Source of the DNA: Octopus sinensis | Taxonomy: Eukaryota | DNA length: 31,736 nucleotides | Direction of reading: 5' to 3' | Assembly (NCBI RefSeq): GCF_006345805.1 | Contig: NW_021829637.1 | Coordinates: forward strand, 1 to 31,736 | Part shown: piece after piece, positions 1-11,813 of the stretch | Layout: each line of letters opens with the position of its first letter | Numbering within the stretch: position 1 is the first letter of the stretch | Notes under the pieces: generated by a model | What the model saw: only the letters and a program-made list of their open reading frames with translations | The model's database searches: none | Told to the model about the DNA's origin: nothing | Made by a program: the position numbers and the translations under genes

Positions 1-877
1 TAAAATATTAGTACGATTTTTTTCACATTTTAAACTTTAATATTTGTTAGTAAATAGTTACAAAACAAAAGTTAGGTTTTTTAAAAGTAACAAAATCATT
101 TAGTCTTAAAAATCAAGAAATCAGTAAGTTCATAAGTAAATCGGATTTGACGACATATTTAATCGTCTATCTTATTTCTGGATTTTATTTGTAATGGAAA
201 AATTCGTTTACTTCAAAGATACTCAATGGCATCATTCTGTCATTAAATATCTCAACTTTTTTATAGCCGCCGAGCCGGGCTCAGCAAACTGCCGAATATC
301 TTAGCTATGAAACCAAATTTAAAAATTTTTTGAATATAAAAATTTGCAAGTACCAGATTTTCTAAATATGAAGAATTTAATGCCAAGAAAAATCTGTCAT
401 TAAGATGATTTTATTGACTATTAACAGGATTTTATTTGATGGTTTTCAATACTTGGTCAGCTGAAAATTAAAATTAGACGATTTTTCAGGTCCAAAAACC
501 TCAGTCCTGCAGAATTGATGAGTTCAATTGATGAGTATTCAAATAAACTATATTTTATGATTTTTATTAATCCTTTCAATTTCTCATAAATTCGTTAGAA
601 TGGCACTGTCATCATAGTTAACACACAAATCATCATTTTTACTCGTATTTTGATCATAGGTAATTTTTTGGTGTTATGATAATTGTGGAAATCGGGTGTA
701 AAAGATTCTGTTTTGCTCACAGCAAAATTATTTACGATGGGTAATTCATAATGATAAAAACCTGTGAATCATTTTTAGCATTCTACGAATTTAAAATTTT
801 GAATACATAGAATCAAGTAAATTCCGAGTAGCATTTTCAAAATTAGAAAAATAAAAAAATCAACTTCTCTTAAATTG

Positions 878-1276
878 ATAAGCGTATGTTTATTAATGAT
901 AATTTAGTTAGTATTATGTTTATGATAGATATGTAGCCTGGCGGATTGCCAAATTGTTTTCCCGGATAATGGCGATCGAGAACCGTTGCATTAGCCAGTC
1001 GGCCTCCCGAGGATCATGGGTGCGCATTGAGATTTTGGCTCCGAGCTTGAGAAGGAACTTTTCAGTTTTTGGACCGAGAGCACCCGACGTCTCCGCCGCG
1101 ATCGCCACCACAAAAAACTCCTCCGAGAGGGCAGAATATTTTGATAGCTTTAAATCTTCAGCCTTCTTAGCTGCAGATTTTGCCTCCAGAGCACACGAAG
1201 TTAAGTGAGAAGCAGAAAATGTGTCATGCAACCATCCCATACGAGGCCTTTTCCGCCTTCAAAGGGGAAAGGGTTA
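878..1276 (-). mobile_element. 5'-truncated CRE-clade (restriction-like endonuclease) non-LTR retrotransposon, 3' end, with 12-bp TSD
   Basis: Minus strand reads PFEGGKGLVWD (frameshift) DTFSASHL...AAKKAEDLKLSKY...VAIAAETSGALG...DPREADWLMQRFSIAIIRENNLAI, the RLE C-terminus of CRE-like LINEs. Flanked by the exact direct repeat TCTCTTAAATTG at 866-877 and 1277-1288. AATAAA lies near the 3' end. Confidence 0.85.
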
Positions 1277-1339
1277 TCTCTTAAATTGTATTTGTAAAAA
1301 GTTTTAATACAATAAATAATCTTAGTTATTAGTTAAATT

Positions 1340-2540
1340 ATGCAAGAATTAGTCTAAATCTTTGATAATATCTCCCCTTCTTCTAGAATAAGACTTTGTT
1401 GCCATCTCCTTTTTCTCTGAAATTTCTTCGTCAGAGGGAATCATTATATCTATGTTAGAATTCTATGCAATGTCCCCACAACATGCCAGTTTCACAAGTT
1501 GTTCGGAAGCTAAGGCGTGCTTTTAATCAGATACCTTCATCCGTTGTATGTATTCGATTAGCATGCCTTCAAAAGTCATTTTCATCACATCTGATTGAAT
1601 ACAAGTTGTTTCTTTAATAGATAGATAATTATTGTGACATTTCGGGATAAATCCGTTCCAGGTCATAGGAATTGCATTTTATTCCCAGTAGTAAAAAAGT
1701 GCAAGTTTACTTTCAAACAGATAAATTTCGAAAACTTCAATATGTTAGTCAAAACCACGCATCAATTCTGAATGTAACATTTTGTGTCGCAGATATTGAC
1801 TTATCAGAATTCCCTTCTTGCTTTCTTTGCATAATAAATTTTCTAACTTTATTGTGTGTTCAAAGGCATTCATTTGCAGTATTTTAATACATACATTGAG
1901 TAGCAAAATGGTCAATCGTTTTTCTATTTTTTGCGAAAATCCATGAGACGAAATAAATTTCTATCTCATATCAGAGAGTCAATTTAAGAACATGGAGTTA
2001 AGAATTCCGAGAGGACAATCAAATAAATAAAATAAGAAACCAAAGGCCTGGGATATATTTAATCATTACAAAAACAACAAAAACACCACTTCTGTTTGTC
2101 AGAATGATATGTATCTTGTCCGATTTCAAAATTTTTTTCAATCCAAGCGCTCGCTGTTTTGATCTTCTTAGTTAATGCACAAGGAGAAGCATAAATAATG
2201 TCACGAATAGCACGAACGGATTATTAATCGCTAATTCAATCAATACATCATATTGAAGATAGCCTTTCTTTTTGGGGGTATGTTTTCAAAATTCCCTGAA
2301 AATTGTTTTAATTTCCTGAATTTACTCTCCGAATACTTCACATTGTAAATACTCAAAGACAAGACTTTACAAACACTCAAAATCCTCCAAATCTTTGTTT
2401 CGCACCGTACTTAATCTGAGATACTATATAGCCTCAGAAACACAATTGCCGTCCATATAAAGGAATGTAAGTATGTTAGGACGAAATATGTCAATATTAG
2501 TTATTGTGCCGTCATTCAATCGCAGGAATGACAGCCCGCT
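1340..2540 (-). pseudogene. Unidentified degenerate protein-coding remnant with micro-intron-like segments
   Basis: Coding-like stretches on the minus strand (e.g. NIDIMIPSDEEISEKKEMATKSYSRKKGRYYQRFRLILA*) and GT..AG 25-30 nt segments, but several in-frame stops. No family recognised; boundaries approximate. Confidence 0.25.
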
Positions 2541-2607
2541 TCAACCTAAAGACGCCTAAACATTTCAGTTCATTAACAAACAAAAAAAAGGCCGTTTTAA
2601 AATAAAT

Positions 2608-3620
2608 TCAAAATAAACTTTTAAACATTTTGATCAATTTAGAAAGCGAATATTTAACAGATTTGTATGGACCAGCCGTCACCAATCCCTTGACTGTCTG
2701 CGAAAGACTGGCCCGGGAGACAATAGCCTTTATAGAGCTCACAATCATCTGACGTGAAGGCTGATGAGCCAAAGTCAACAAAACTTCCTCCATGTCGGGA
2801 TACTTCTGGTCGACATTCATTCTGTGCCACAACTCCAACTGCAGATTTTTAGGCAAATGATTCAAATGATGAAGTCTGGAGGAATATACATGCTGTTGCT
2901 CGAAAATCCCCTCTTTTTGATGCCAGCACAAATGTCCTTCAAATCCATTTATAAGTGGACCGTAAAGATCTCGAAAATTCTGAATATGCCCACGAAAAAT
3001 GTTTTTTATTTTATTTTTATCTTCTCCAAACTAAATAATAAATAAATAATTAAATTACAATTAATCTAAAATCGCCACTATAAGACAACCAAATAATCAT
3101 GCTAAACAAATCCTCTTCAGTAAACGACTCAGGAAGGAGTAGAAGCGCAGTATGCAAAGCAGAAGAAAGATTACTGTGCAAAGCAGTCTTTAAATCCTCA
3201 GGAAAAACATCCTTCAAAGCCCAAACAGGCTTTTGTAGTCTACTCCTGTTACAGACCACGTGACCTTCCACTGGCATAAAGGCAATCCCAGTCATACAAG
3301 TCGGAGATCAGGTCCTCGGATGTGATGACTCCATATTTGTAGTATAATCCTTCGTGGGGGATCAGAGTATTGTAGAACATCTTTGAGCCATGTTTACGTT
3401 GGAGATTGGCTAGTTTGGAGGGGCCTGCGAGACTGCAGAGGGAATAATGTTTAGGATTTGTTCTGAGGTTGGAGGTGTGGAAGAGGACTGCGTCTTGTAC
3501 TACGACTATGAGGTCAATCATTTTGGATTGCTGAGGAAGTATCCCAGATCCGTAGGCGAATGCCATTGTTATTGGATCAGGGAGAGTAGATAGGAAACCA
3601 CGACACTTCTCAAGTGTCAT
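2608..3620 (-). CDS. TAMM41: Mitochondrial phosphatidate cytidylyltransferase Tam41 (3 exons)
   Basis: Motifs AFAYGSG, MIDLIVVV, NPKHYS, YYKYGVI, DLYDWDCLYASGRLQKPV, LSYSGDFR, FGEDKNKIKNI, QTVKGLVTAG. Removing introns 3240-3264 (25 nt) and 3031-3058 (28 nt) joins three ORF fragments into one frame ending TGA at 2608-2610. Confidence 0.95.
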
Positions 3621-4208
3621 GTGTAAAATCTATTAAATTTAAATTATTATTTTTTTCAACTTTTTTTATTATTATTAATAATTTATACAATTAAAAAAAA
3701 TCTAGCTATTAGGTACCAGATTCTAACCTTAACGTACAAGTCATGTCTTCTACCTTTTTGTGTTTTGGATATGAAATTTGTAGACATTTAGAAACTCTTG
3801 CAATAATCCTCGTAACTAGCTTGAATGAATCCAAACGAAGGAAAAAGTAAAGAACTCAATAGAACAAGTAACCAGGAAGAAAAATCCAAAAAAGAGTGCA
3901 TTCACAGTTTCCTAGAAATCTTAGCAAAACAAATGTGAAAATGGCACAAAACAATCAAGGAATGTCTCATTTTTATAAAACATGTCGATTTGATTATTCC
4001 GCAAATAATGTTGAGAACCCACGGTAAATATACGTGGGATATGGCTCAGGATCCTCTGTTGGCTAATCAGCAAAACACGTTTTGAGAGAATGTCTCATCT
4101 GGAAAAACAGATAGACTAAAAGCATGAGTTTAAATAATAATTATAATCTAAGTAAAAGTTTAATTTTAAACTACTGTTTTTTGAATTGATTATAATTGTG
4201 GTTGTGTT

Positions 4209-5009
4209 ATGGAAGTTGCTTCAGACATTCCGACATTTCATTTCAACGGACTAGAAAATACCGAACGCCCTCCAATCGCGGAAATTAATAAAATCTTCAA
4301 AACCAAAATCCTACATGGAACAACCACCATGGCTTTCAAATACAAAGACGGCGTGATAGTGGCTACTGATTCCCGGGCAACTGCTGGAGCAACAATCGGT
4401 ATTTTCTGGTTATAACTCTCAGGGTCCCAAACGGTGAAAAAAGTAATTCCGGTGACTCCCAACGTTATTGCCACTATGGCCGGAGGGGCTGCCGACTGTC
4501 AATTCTGGCTAAGAATAATGACTTCTAAGGCTCAGTAAGTTAAAAATCTCAACCCAATCAATCATAGAGCATACAGAATCCGACATAACAGAGAAATGTC
4601 AGTTGCGGCGATTTCATTAATGCTGGCCAACTCTTTGTACCAATATAAGGGGTATGGACTCAGCATGGTAGTTTTGGGCATGGAGACTGAGTAGGGGTCG
4701 ACGATTGTGGGGTATGATAAGACTGGATTCCATATTTACATGGTGGAGGACAGTGGACTGAGATTGGAGGTCGATATGGGCGGATATGGCTCAGGATCTC
4801 CGTATGCTTATTCTGTGATGGACAATAAGTACAAGAGGACGGATCTCCCCTTTGAGGATGCTGTCCAATTGGCGAAGGAGGCTATTTCGAATGCCACCAA
4901 ATTCGATACGATGAGTGGAGGACATGCCAATATTTATTGTGTCACCAAAGATGGCTATCGACAACTTTGCTTTACTGATGTCGATGACTTATATGCCCAG
5001 GGGTTCTAA
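4209..5009 (+). CDS. PSMB5: Proteasome subunit beta type-5 (chymotrypsin-like), 4 exons
   Basis: 37-aa propeptide, then [64 protein letters not shown]. Catalytic Thr1, Asp17, Lys33 and S1-pocket Met45 are present. Introns 4399-4422 (24 nt), 4535-4567 (33 nt), 4668-4694 (27 nt). Confidence 0.95.
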
Positions 5010-5656
5010 TTTTACTTTTGTTTTGGGTTTTTTGATTTGATTAAACTTTTTTTTGGCCATTCTAAGCGAACAATTTTTAAACCAAAAGTTGGAATTACGA
5101 AGCTATTAGTGCATTGCTTAGTGCATTACGTTTGGTTGTACCTGATGGCACGAACCGTCTCAATGGCCATGCCACGTATAAATACATTATTTAAATTTGT
5201 TGTTTGTAACTCTCGTGAATTCTTTAATCGCGTCAGAACTGTTGTAGAATTGTTTCGGGTTTTACAAGCATTGAACTTTCGCTTAATTTCCCAAAAATGT
5301 GAACTTATAAACATTTCAGTTGCGCATGTTCAATGTAATAAATAATTTACTCTCGGTCAAGATCACCGGGACCCGGTTGACCGTTCCGTAGATCTTGTTT
5401 GTTTAGATTCCCCACTCCTGGAATGCATCAATAACATTCAGGCATGACTATCTGTTTCAAATAATAAAATACAAATATGAATTTAGTTTCACCAAACAAG
5501 AAAATGGTTATTGACGAATAGCCACGGCACTACTAATGACTCTGACCAAAAAGACTTGTTCTGCTCGAGGGATTGATAACAATTTTGTTAATAAATGATA
5601 AACAAAACTATATAAATTATTAATTTAGTGGATATTAATAGATTAATAAGTGTATT

Positions 5657-7710
5657 CTAATTATCTTCTTCCTCACATAAGTCAATTTTACAACTGAAAA
5701 TGTCGATTGTCTTCTGCCTGCTCACAATATTCTAATTTTAATCAAAATAAACAGATTGACCTTCGCAGTTGCATTCTCGAGATATGTTTTGATTAGATCA
5801 CGTGCCGACTCTACAAAATCCTCAGATTTGTCATATGCAGGTAAGATTAATTGCTCATCCAAGTCCATCTCCTGGTTAAATTCTACAAATTTCTCATGTC
5901 CCAGCTTAAAGTAACTAAATAATCTTCCAAACCAATATTTGAGGTGAATGGAAAAAATAAGAAGGGAGATATGAAGCGAGGGTCGTAACAGAATGAGCGT
6001 AAATATCAGCGAACCTCTGAACCTGATGAAAAAAGTAGCTATGCAATGACCCTGAAATGATCCCAAAAATACAACCTGACCGAAATGCGCTTCCAAAAAT
6101 TCCGTATTGGGCATCAATCATTTGACTAAGGGACTAAAATGAGCCATTTTCCCATTACCTTGTAGGCAGATGATGCCCAGATTGCTATATTTTTATCTTC
6201 GTGTTTAGAGTGACTATGAATGAACTAAACGTGGTACAATGTATTTTTTTGAATTTGGTCGAGTCCATCAAGCATTTTGTAGGACCTGTAATTAGACCAC
6301 CACTGTTTGATTTCTTTTTTGAGGTCTGGTATGATCAACATGGTTTTCCAGAAATTTTTTTTAGATTTTAATATGTCTCCATAAATAGAATCTCCGACAT
6401 AAATAACAGACCGAGTTTTTGCTCCAGTAAGACGACAGAACTCGGAGGCAGAGCCTCAAAAAATAAAGTCACAGTCAAAACCTCCAGAGTAAATAAACCC
6501 AGGTTTTAACTCGTTCAATTCACATTTAAGAGTTTTAGATTTTTCCTTCTGCGCATCACATGTATCACTTTACTTGATCAATTAAACAAAAATGGTCTTT
6601 TTTAGATGTAAAAAATGCAGGTTTTTTGGAATCTACAATGACGTAATCAAAATAATCTGTCCACTCAAGGTCGTCCTCATCCAGCAAATAGCGCATAATT
6701 TTCTATTTCTAGTAAAAAGTGGACAAACCTCGACGTAGTTATATTTACTGTTCGTCAAGAGAAATGTTTTGCACCCGCATTCTCTCAATCTTAATTCAAG
6801 AAAATAACACAAAACTGAAGAAGGACCTTCCCAATGAGAGGATCTTTGTCCAAATATTTCGAAATGTCGGCCAATATTGCTGGTTTTAGTTCCTTGACAT
6901 TTGGATAAAATTGTCACATTTTTGTGAACGTAGACAACATTCTCGTCAATTTCACGATACAAGTCAGCGTAGAAGATCATGTAATCTCCCTCTACATACA
7001 GTCCCGTTTTTTCACTAAGATTTATTATTTAATTTGGACTACTCTGACTCACTTCCGATTGTCATGTAGTAATCCACGACTTGAGAAATAAGCGAAATGA
7101 CTTAAAATAGTGTGGAAAATATCCAAACCACTTTGGCAGTATACTGTACTGAAAATGACAAAGTTTTTGTCACTCAAATCAATGTGACGATTAGGATAAT
7201 AACAGTCGATCTCCTGCCTAATCATTAAAGTAACATGTGCACTGTTCAAAAAGTCTTGTCCCGTGAGTAGCCACCAAGATGTGTCCGTAGGCATCCACCT
7301 TAAGGAAATTTCCATGAAATATATCATAGCATACTCCACTTTCATGTAAAAAATATAGCAAACCGGACTGCAAATGATTTGTCGTATTCAAACTCGCGTA
7401 TTTCTCTTGGAAAACCGATTTGTACTAATCTTTGTTTGATTAAATCAAATATCAGAGTTTCCATTTCTGGAGACTTGTACACTGTTCAAAATCATTAAAA
7501 AATCTGAAACAAGCAAGTGTATAATCCATGTCAAATCCGTAGTACTCCAGTTTGTCCAAACGAAGATTAGAGTTTGCATAAATTCTTATTTTGAAAAGTT
7601 TTTTTTTACTTTTCGGTATATTTGTCCTCAATAGAAATGCTCGGATTTTTGGACATTTGCATCCTTTGCTTTAGAATATGAACCAGTGATTCTTTACGTG
7701 TGGTGCTCAT
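5657..7710 (-). CDS. NT5C2: Cytosolic purine 5'-nucleotidase (cN-II, HAD superfamily), multi-exon
   Basis: Spliced translation gives [17 protein letters not shown] (HAD motif I), [23 protein letters not shown] (motif II), [29 protein letters not shown] (motif IV), [21 protein letters not shown], and an acidic end CEEEDN*. Many 24-29 nt introns; not every internal junction was checked. Confidence 0.92.
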
Positions 7711-8010
7711 TGGTCTACTAAAGTTTATATTTTAGTATTTAAATAAAAAAATTATAAGTTTGAACGCAATTGTCAGATAAATTTGGACGTAAAAATATTT
7801 CGATTTTTTAATTAAAAATTGATTATTACAATTATCCGATCATTATAAATTTAAATATGTGGAGATTGAAAATAAGAAAATAAAACTTTTAATCGATAAA
7901 GCTGAATTAATTTATAATGAAAAAAATAAAATATACTTACTCAATGATAATAATTTAAATATAAATAAACAGTAGTCAAAGTGGTTTGATCGTGATAAAT
8001 TTAATCTAAA
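7711..8010. promoter_or_regulatory. Probable bidirectional promoter region between divergent NT5C2 and KDM6A
   Basis: Only 300 bp of very AT-rich DNA separates the two head-to-head start codons (7710 minus, 8011 plus). No specific element identified. Confidence 0.35.
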
Positions 8011-11000
8011 ATGAATTATTCTGGAATTAAAAACGTCTCAAGCTTCACAGAACAGCCAAACCTGCTAAACGAATTTGACAGGTATTATATTTAAATATAT
8101 CAGCACTTTCTACGGAATAAAGATAAGCCAGGAACTTTTACTCCGGCTAGATCGAGTATACTCTTTCTCTCTTTTACATCAAGACTGTCAATATTTTGGA
8201 AGAACAGCTTCGTATATCAGAAATAAATGGAGCCGAAATAGCCCTCAAACTCGGCCATTTAAACCTTATTCTTAAAAGCTATCGGAAATGTAACTTTTTG
8301 ATAATATTCTAAGCACTTTCTGCATATCAGTTATATTTCAAACTGAACAAAGATTCCTGGAGAAATGAAAATTTTCTCTTTGGAATAGGAATTTGCTACT
8401 ACCGTTTCGGATCAATAGAAAAGTAAGTCAACATTCATTCATATTTTAAGTGCCCTCAAAGTACTTCTTCAACTGCTGTTCGAATGCCCTCTTTTTTGTC
8501 GCTTAGTGGATGTTTATTTTATTCTGGCTCTTATATACCGCGTAAAACGGAATTATTCGAGATATTTATACGTTTTTTACTGATTGTGAGTATATTTAGT
8601 TCCTCAAACTAACTCTTCATCAATGCAAGCCTTACAGCCTCCAGTACTACGAAGGTAGGCAGTATTTTTATATTGAAATAGTCAAGCTATTCATGGTTCA
8701 AGGCTACGTTCACAAAGTTGTTAGAAACAAATGTTTTGTAGGGAAAAATCAATTTGGCTGGAAAATTTTTACAAGAAATTTTGGAATCGAGTTGTCCTCA
8801 GAAGGTCAAGTCTCAGGCGATGCTTCAAACTGGTATTTGAGTGGCATGTCAGAATAGCCTGGATGCTCTTCACTGGGATAGACATGTCGGGAATTGCCAG
8901 GAAGGATGAGGTCGAGGACTACCTCCGTCTGGCTATCATGTCTGACCCCTCCAACATCACTGCCTGGTACTTCTTCGGGCGGTAGGCGTAAGTGGACTAT
9001 TCAGTAGATATAACTCAGAAGTAGGCAATATTGGGCTGGCCTTGGATATTTATCTTAGCACAGTGGATAACATTTGGGGTACTTCCAAGATGTGGTGTTC
9101 TGTCGGGTTGTCTACTTTATCAGCATTTCAGACTTCTCTATCACGGACAAAACCAGCACAGCGACGCCTTGCAAGCATATGTGTGTGCATTGAAATTAAA
9201 TCATTGCGATGCTGGCACGTGGATAAATATGGCCATTCTGTATGAGCAGAACATGCAGATTAACGACGCCGTCGAGTGCTATCGCCATGCACTCAAGTAT
9301 TCTAGTGAGTGCTTGTTTTCTCATTTGAAGCACAAAAGCAACAAATTCGTAGCAAAATATACTCCCTGGCCAGCCATAACGTAGTTCCACGGCAAAACAA
9401 GTCGTTTTGTTTCAATTTTTAGGCTTCTCTCAATCCGTGAGGTTGTAAACGACGTTTTTTTCAAATCGGTAATTCATAAGAAAGTTGTTCTTTGATTGTT
9501 CCAATTTAGTTGAGGAATGACGGCGGTGAGTACACCAAATTGCTGTTTAAAAAGACTTCAACTGTCTATTGCGTTGATCTGTCGTTTAATCGTGGTAGGA
9601 GAATTTATCTGAGTTGTCCAGTCGGCTTTACAGTTTCGGACTTAGTCAAGAAAATATTGACAATCTAAAAAAAATGGAGGGAGTGCCTTTAAATTCGCTT
9701 GTCGTTTTTTTGGTAATTTTTTAGTCAGATACGTTTCTCCGTGGATATGCCTTGATCTGTCGGTCTGACGAGTTGGTTTGCCCTTCAACGCGGTTTTTTG
9801 ATGCTGAGGAAGTATTGTTGTTATATCAGTAATACAAGCTATCACACAAGTCTTGTTCTCATTACGGAATCGACTCGAGTGATTTAAAAATGCTTCCAAC
9901 GGGTATTTTTGTGGCTAATTTGTTGAGGTCGGATGTATTTCAGAGAAGTCTCCTTTTAATAACTCGTCCATCAAGTCTTTGGGAATTCCGTTGCAAAGAC
10001 GTACCAAAATAATTAATGTGATTTATATTCTTTATTTTTAGTTTGATTCCAAGTTGGAGTCAGCCTGGATTGAGCTCAGAAATATTTGTTATCGAAATGA
10101 CTGCGCTGTGATTAAAAATTTATGTTTGCATACAAAATTTGGTAGATTTATTGAAATATCCAGATTGTTCTGCATTTTCTTCATCTTTGTTACAAAAGTT
10201 GATTGCACAGAGAGAAACATTAGTAAAAATCCACGTTTATTCCAAATTTACAACTGTTGGTAGGCCTATCATGGGACTCCAGAAGAGAACGGGGATTTTA
10301 GTGGGGAGAATGGATGGAGAATGACACAAAAACATATCAAATCAGACGTGTTTCGTTCTGCAGCTTATCAATTTCGTAGTTTCAAAGATGCGTCAAAAGT
10401 TTGTGAAATATGCGTCATTCTAAGGCCGAATCGTGCGGATTGGAAATATCGGATTCTTTTCAGGACAAGGAAATCCACATATCCAACGTTGAGCTTTTTG
10501 CTGAAGGAGAATCCAGTAATTTATGGTCCCAACAAAAGCATGAACTTGACAAATTTCCGTCATTTTTGAGGGTCTTTTAGCTTTAAATGATTTTAGATAA
10601 ATTCGAAATTAAATATGCTCACGTATATTAATTATTGGCCTGCTCACGCTGGGCCTTGTTTAAATATGCTTGTGCCGGGTTCTCGGCTTACTGGTTTGTT
10701 TACTTTTTTATTCCCAGCTCGCCGAACTTTAGGGGGGTTAGTGTCCGTTTATCTCAATACGGGACCTGGGAATGTCGAGTGGTTTTGTATTCCGAGCGAA
10801 TTTTCATCCGAATTTAATTCTGCCTGCGAATTGTTGTAAATTATGTACTAAGAATTAGTTATGGGATGAGCTGTTTTGACTCCAATTCTTCGATATGGCC
10901 AAATCTGGATTCGTTGGGCGAATTGAATATTCCATATCATCGATTTATTCAAAAAAGTGGGGATTTAATCTGGCTGAATTCTGGCTGCATTTATTACTTC

Positions 11001-11627
11001 CAATCTCATGTGGATTTTGCGTGTTTGATAAAATAGGGCTGGGCGAACACGGTCTCTTGGTGTTTGGCACCAATGACGCGCCAGCACTTGCAATCGATCG
11101 TAGCGTGTTATGAATTTGACAGATATAACTATTATAAGCAGACTGTCCCAGCTGTACATTTGTGTTGGACACTGAGACTGTCACTGCGATTTGTCGATGA
11201 ACAGTTTTTTAGTATTGTCAAGTATTTTTTTCCATATATTCGAGAAATGTGTTGTGGAATTCTCTAATGAAGTGCCAAAGAATTTCCGAATATGTGATTT
11301 CCGCTGGGTATCAGTCCAGGATGAAGAGAATGAGTGATCACTGTTTTAAAGACGATAATTTTAGAGTCTATTTTTGCATTGTTTGCCGGGTTGTGGGTTT
11401 TACTTTGACTTGGATAGTGTGAAATATTCAATTTTATATTCGCGCCTGTAGATTCGAGTGATATTTCTGTCAATCACTCATCAATGAGTGACAAGATTAC
11501 TGTGAGTGTAATGTGTTATCGTTGTGTTCTTCAACGGTACTCCAATTTAGATAATGTGATTATAATTATGGATCGAGAAATGAGCGAATTAACGAATATT
11601 CATGATTCATTCCAACGTGTTGTTTAA
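8011..11627 (+). CDS. KDM6A: KDM6A/UTX-family protein (TPR repeats + JmjC + C4 zinc-binding domain), predicted catalytically inactive
   Basis: Spliced translation follows UTX: LGHLNLILKSYRKSLSAYQLY..DSWRNENFLFGIG, DPSNITAWYFFGR, WCSVGLLYHGQNQHSDALQAYVCALKLNHCDAGTWINMAILYE, WSQQKHELDKFPSFLR, VPGSR, NTGPGNVEWF, YRFIQKSGDLIWLNSG, CIVC...CYRC; stop TAA 11625-11627. More than 20 introns, mostly 22-30 nt (e.g. 8082-8103, 10142-10163, 10694-10717, 11010-11036). Confidence 0.93.
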
Positions 11628-11813
11628 TTATTTATTTTTGCATAAAAATGTCTTTTTTGATATTTTTTGACTTATTAAATGAGTTTAATTTTACTCAAAT
11701 CTTACTATGCATATAAAGAAAATCTATCTTTTCAGGTAAGCCAAATGAGAGCTCGATAAGTTGTAGAGTTCTTTACGTCGCCGACTGTAAATCTAGCGAT
11801 GCTAGTTCAACTG

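Noticed and set aside
1-865. Possible gene fragment at the window start
   Set aside because: Only short open frames; no convincing splice model or motif.
954-1208. Antisense or alternate-frame ORFs (also 2764-3045, 4238-4474, 9642-9899, 16816-17061, 22276-22470, 26485-26975, 27498-27982)
   Set aside because: They are shadows of recognisable genes or TE ORFs on the opposite strand.
1340-2540. Stop-codon reassignment as an explanation for in-frame stops
   Set aside because: TAA (PSMB5, KDM6A), TAG (RPL41, NT5C2) and TGA (TAMM41, PNPT1) all end conserved genes at expected positions; decay is the simpler explanation.
5037-5560. Short ORFs between PSMB5 and NT5C2
   Set aside because: No recognisable homology and no consistent spliced frame; possibly a decayed element, but not supportable.
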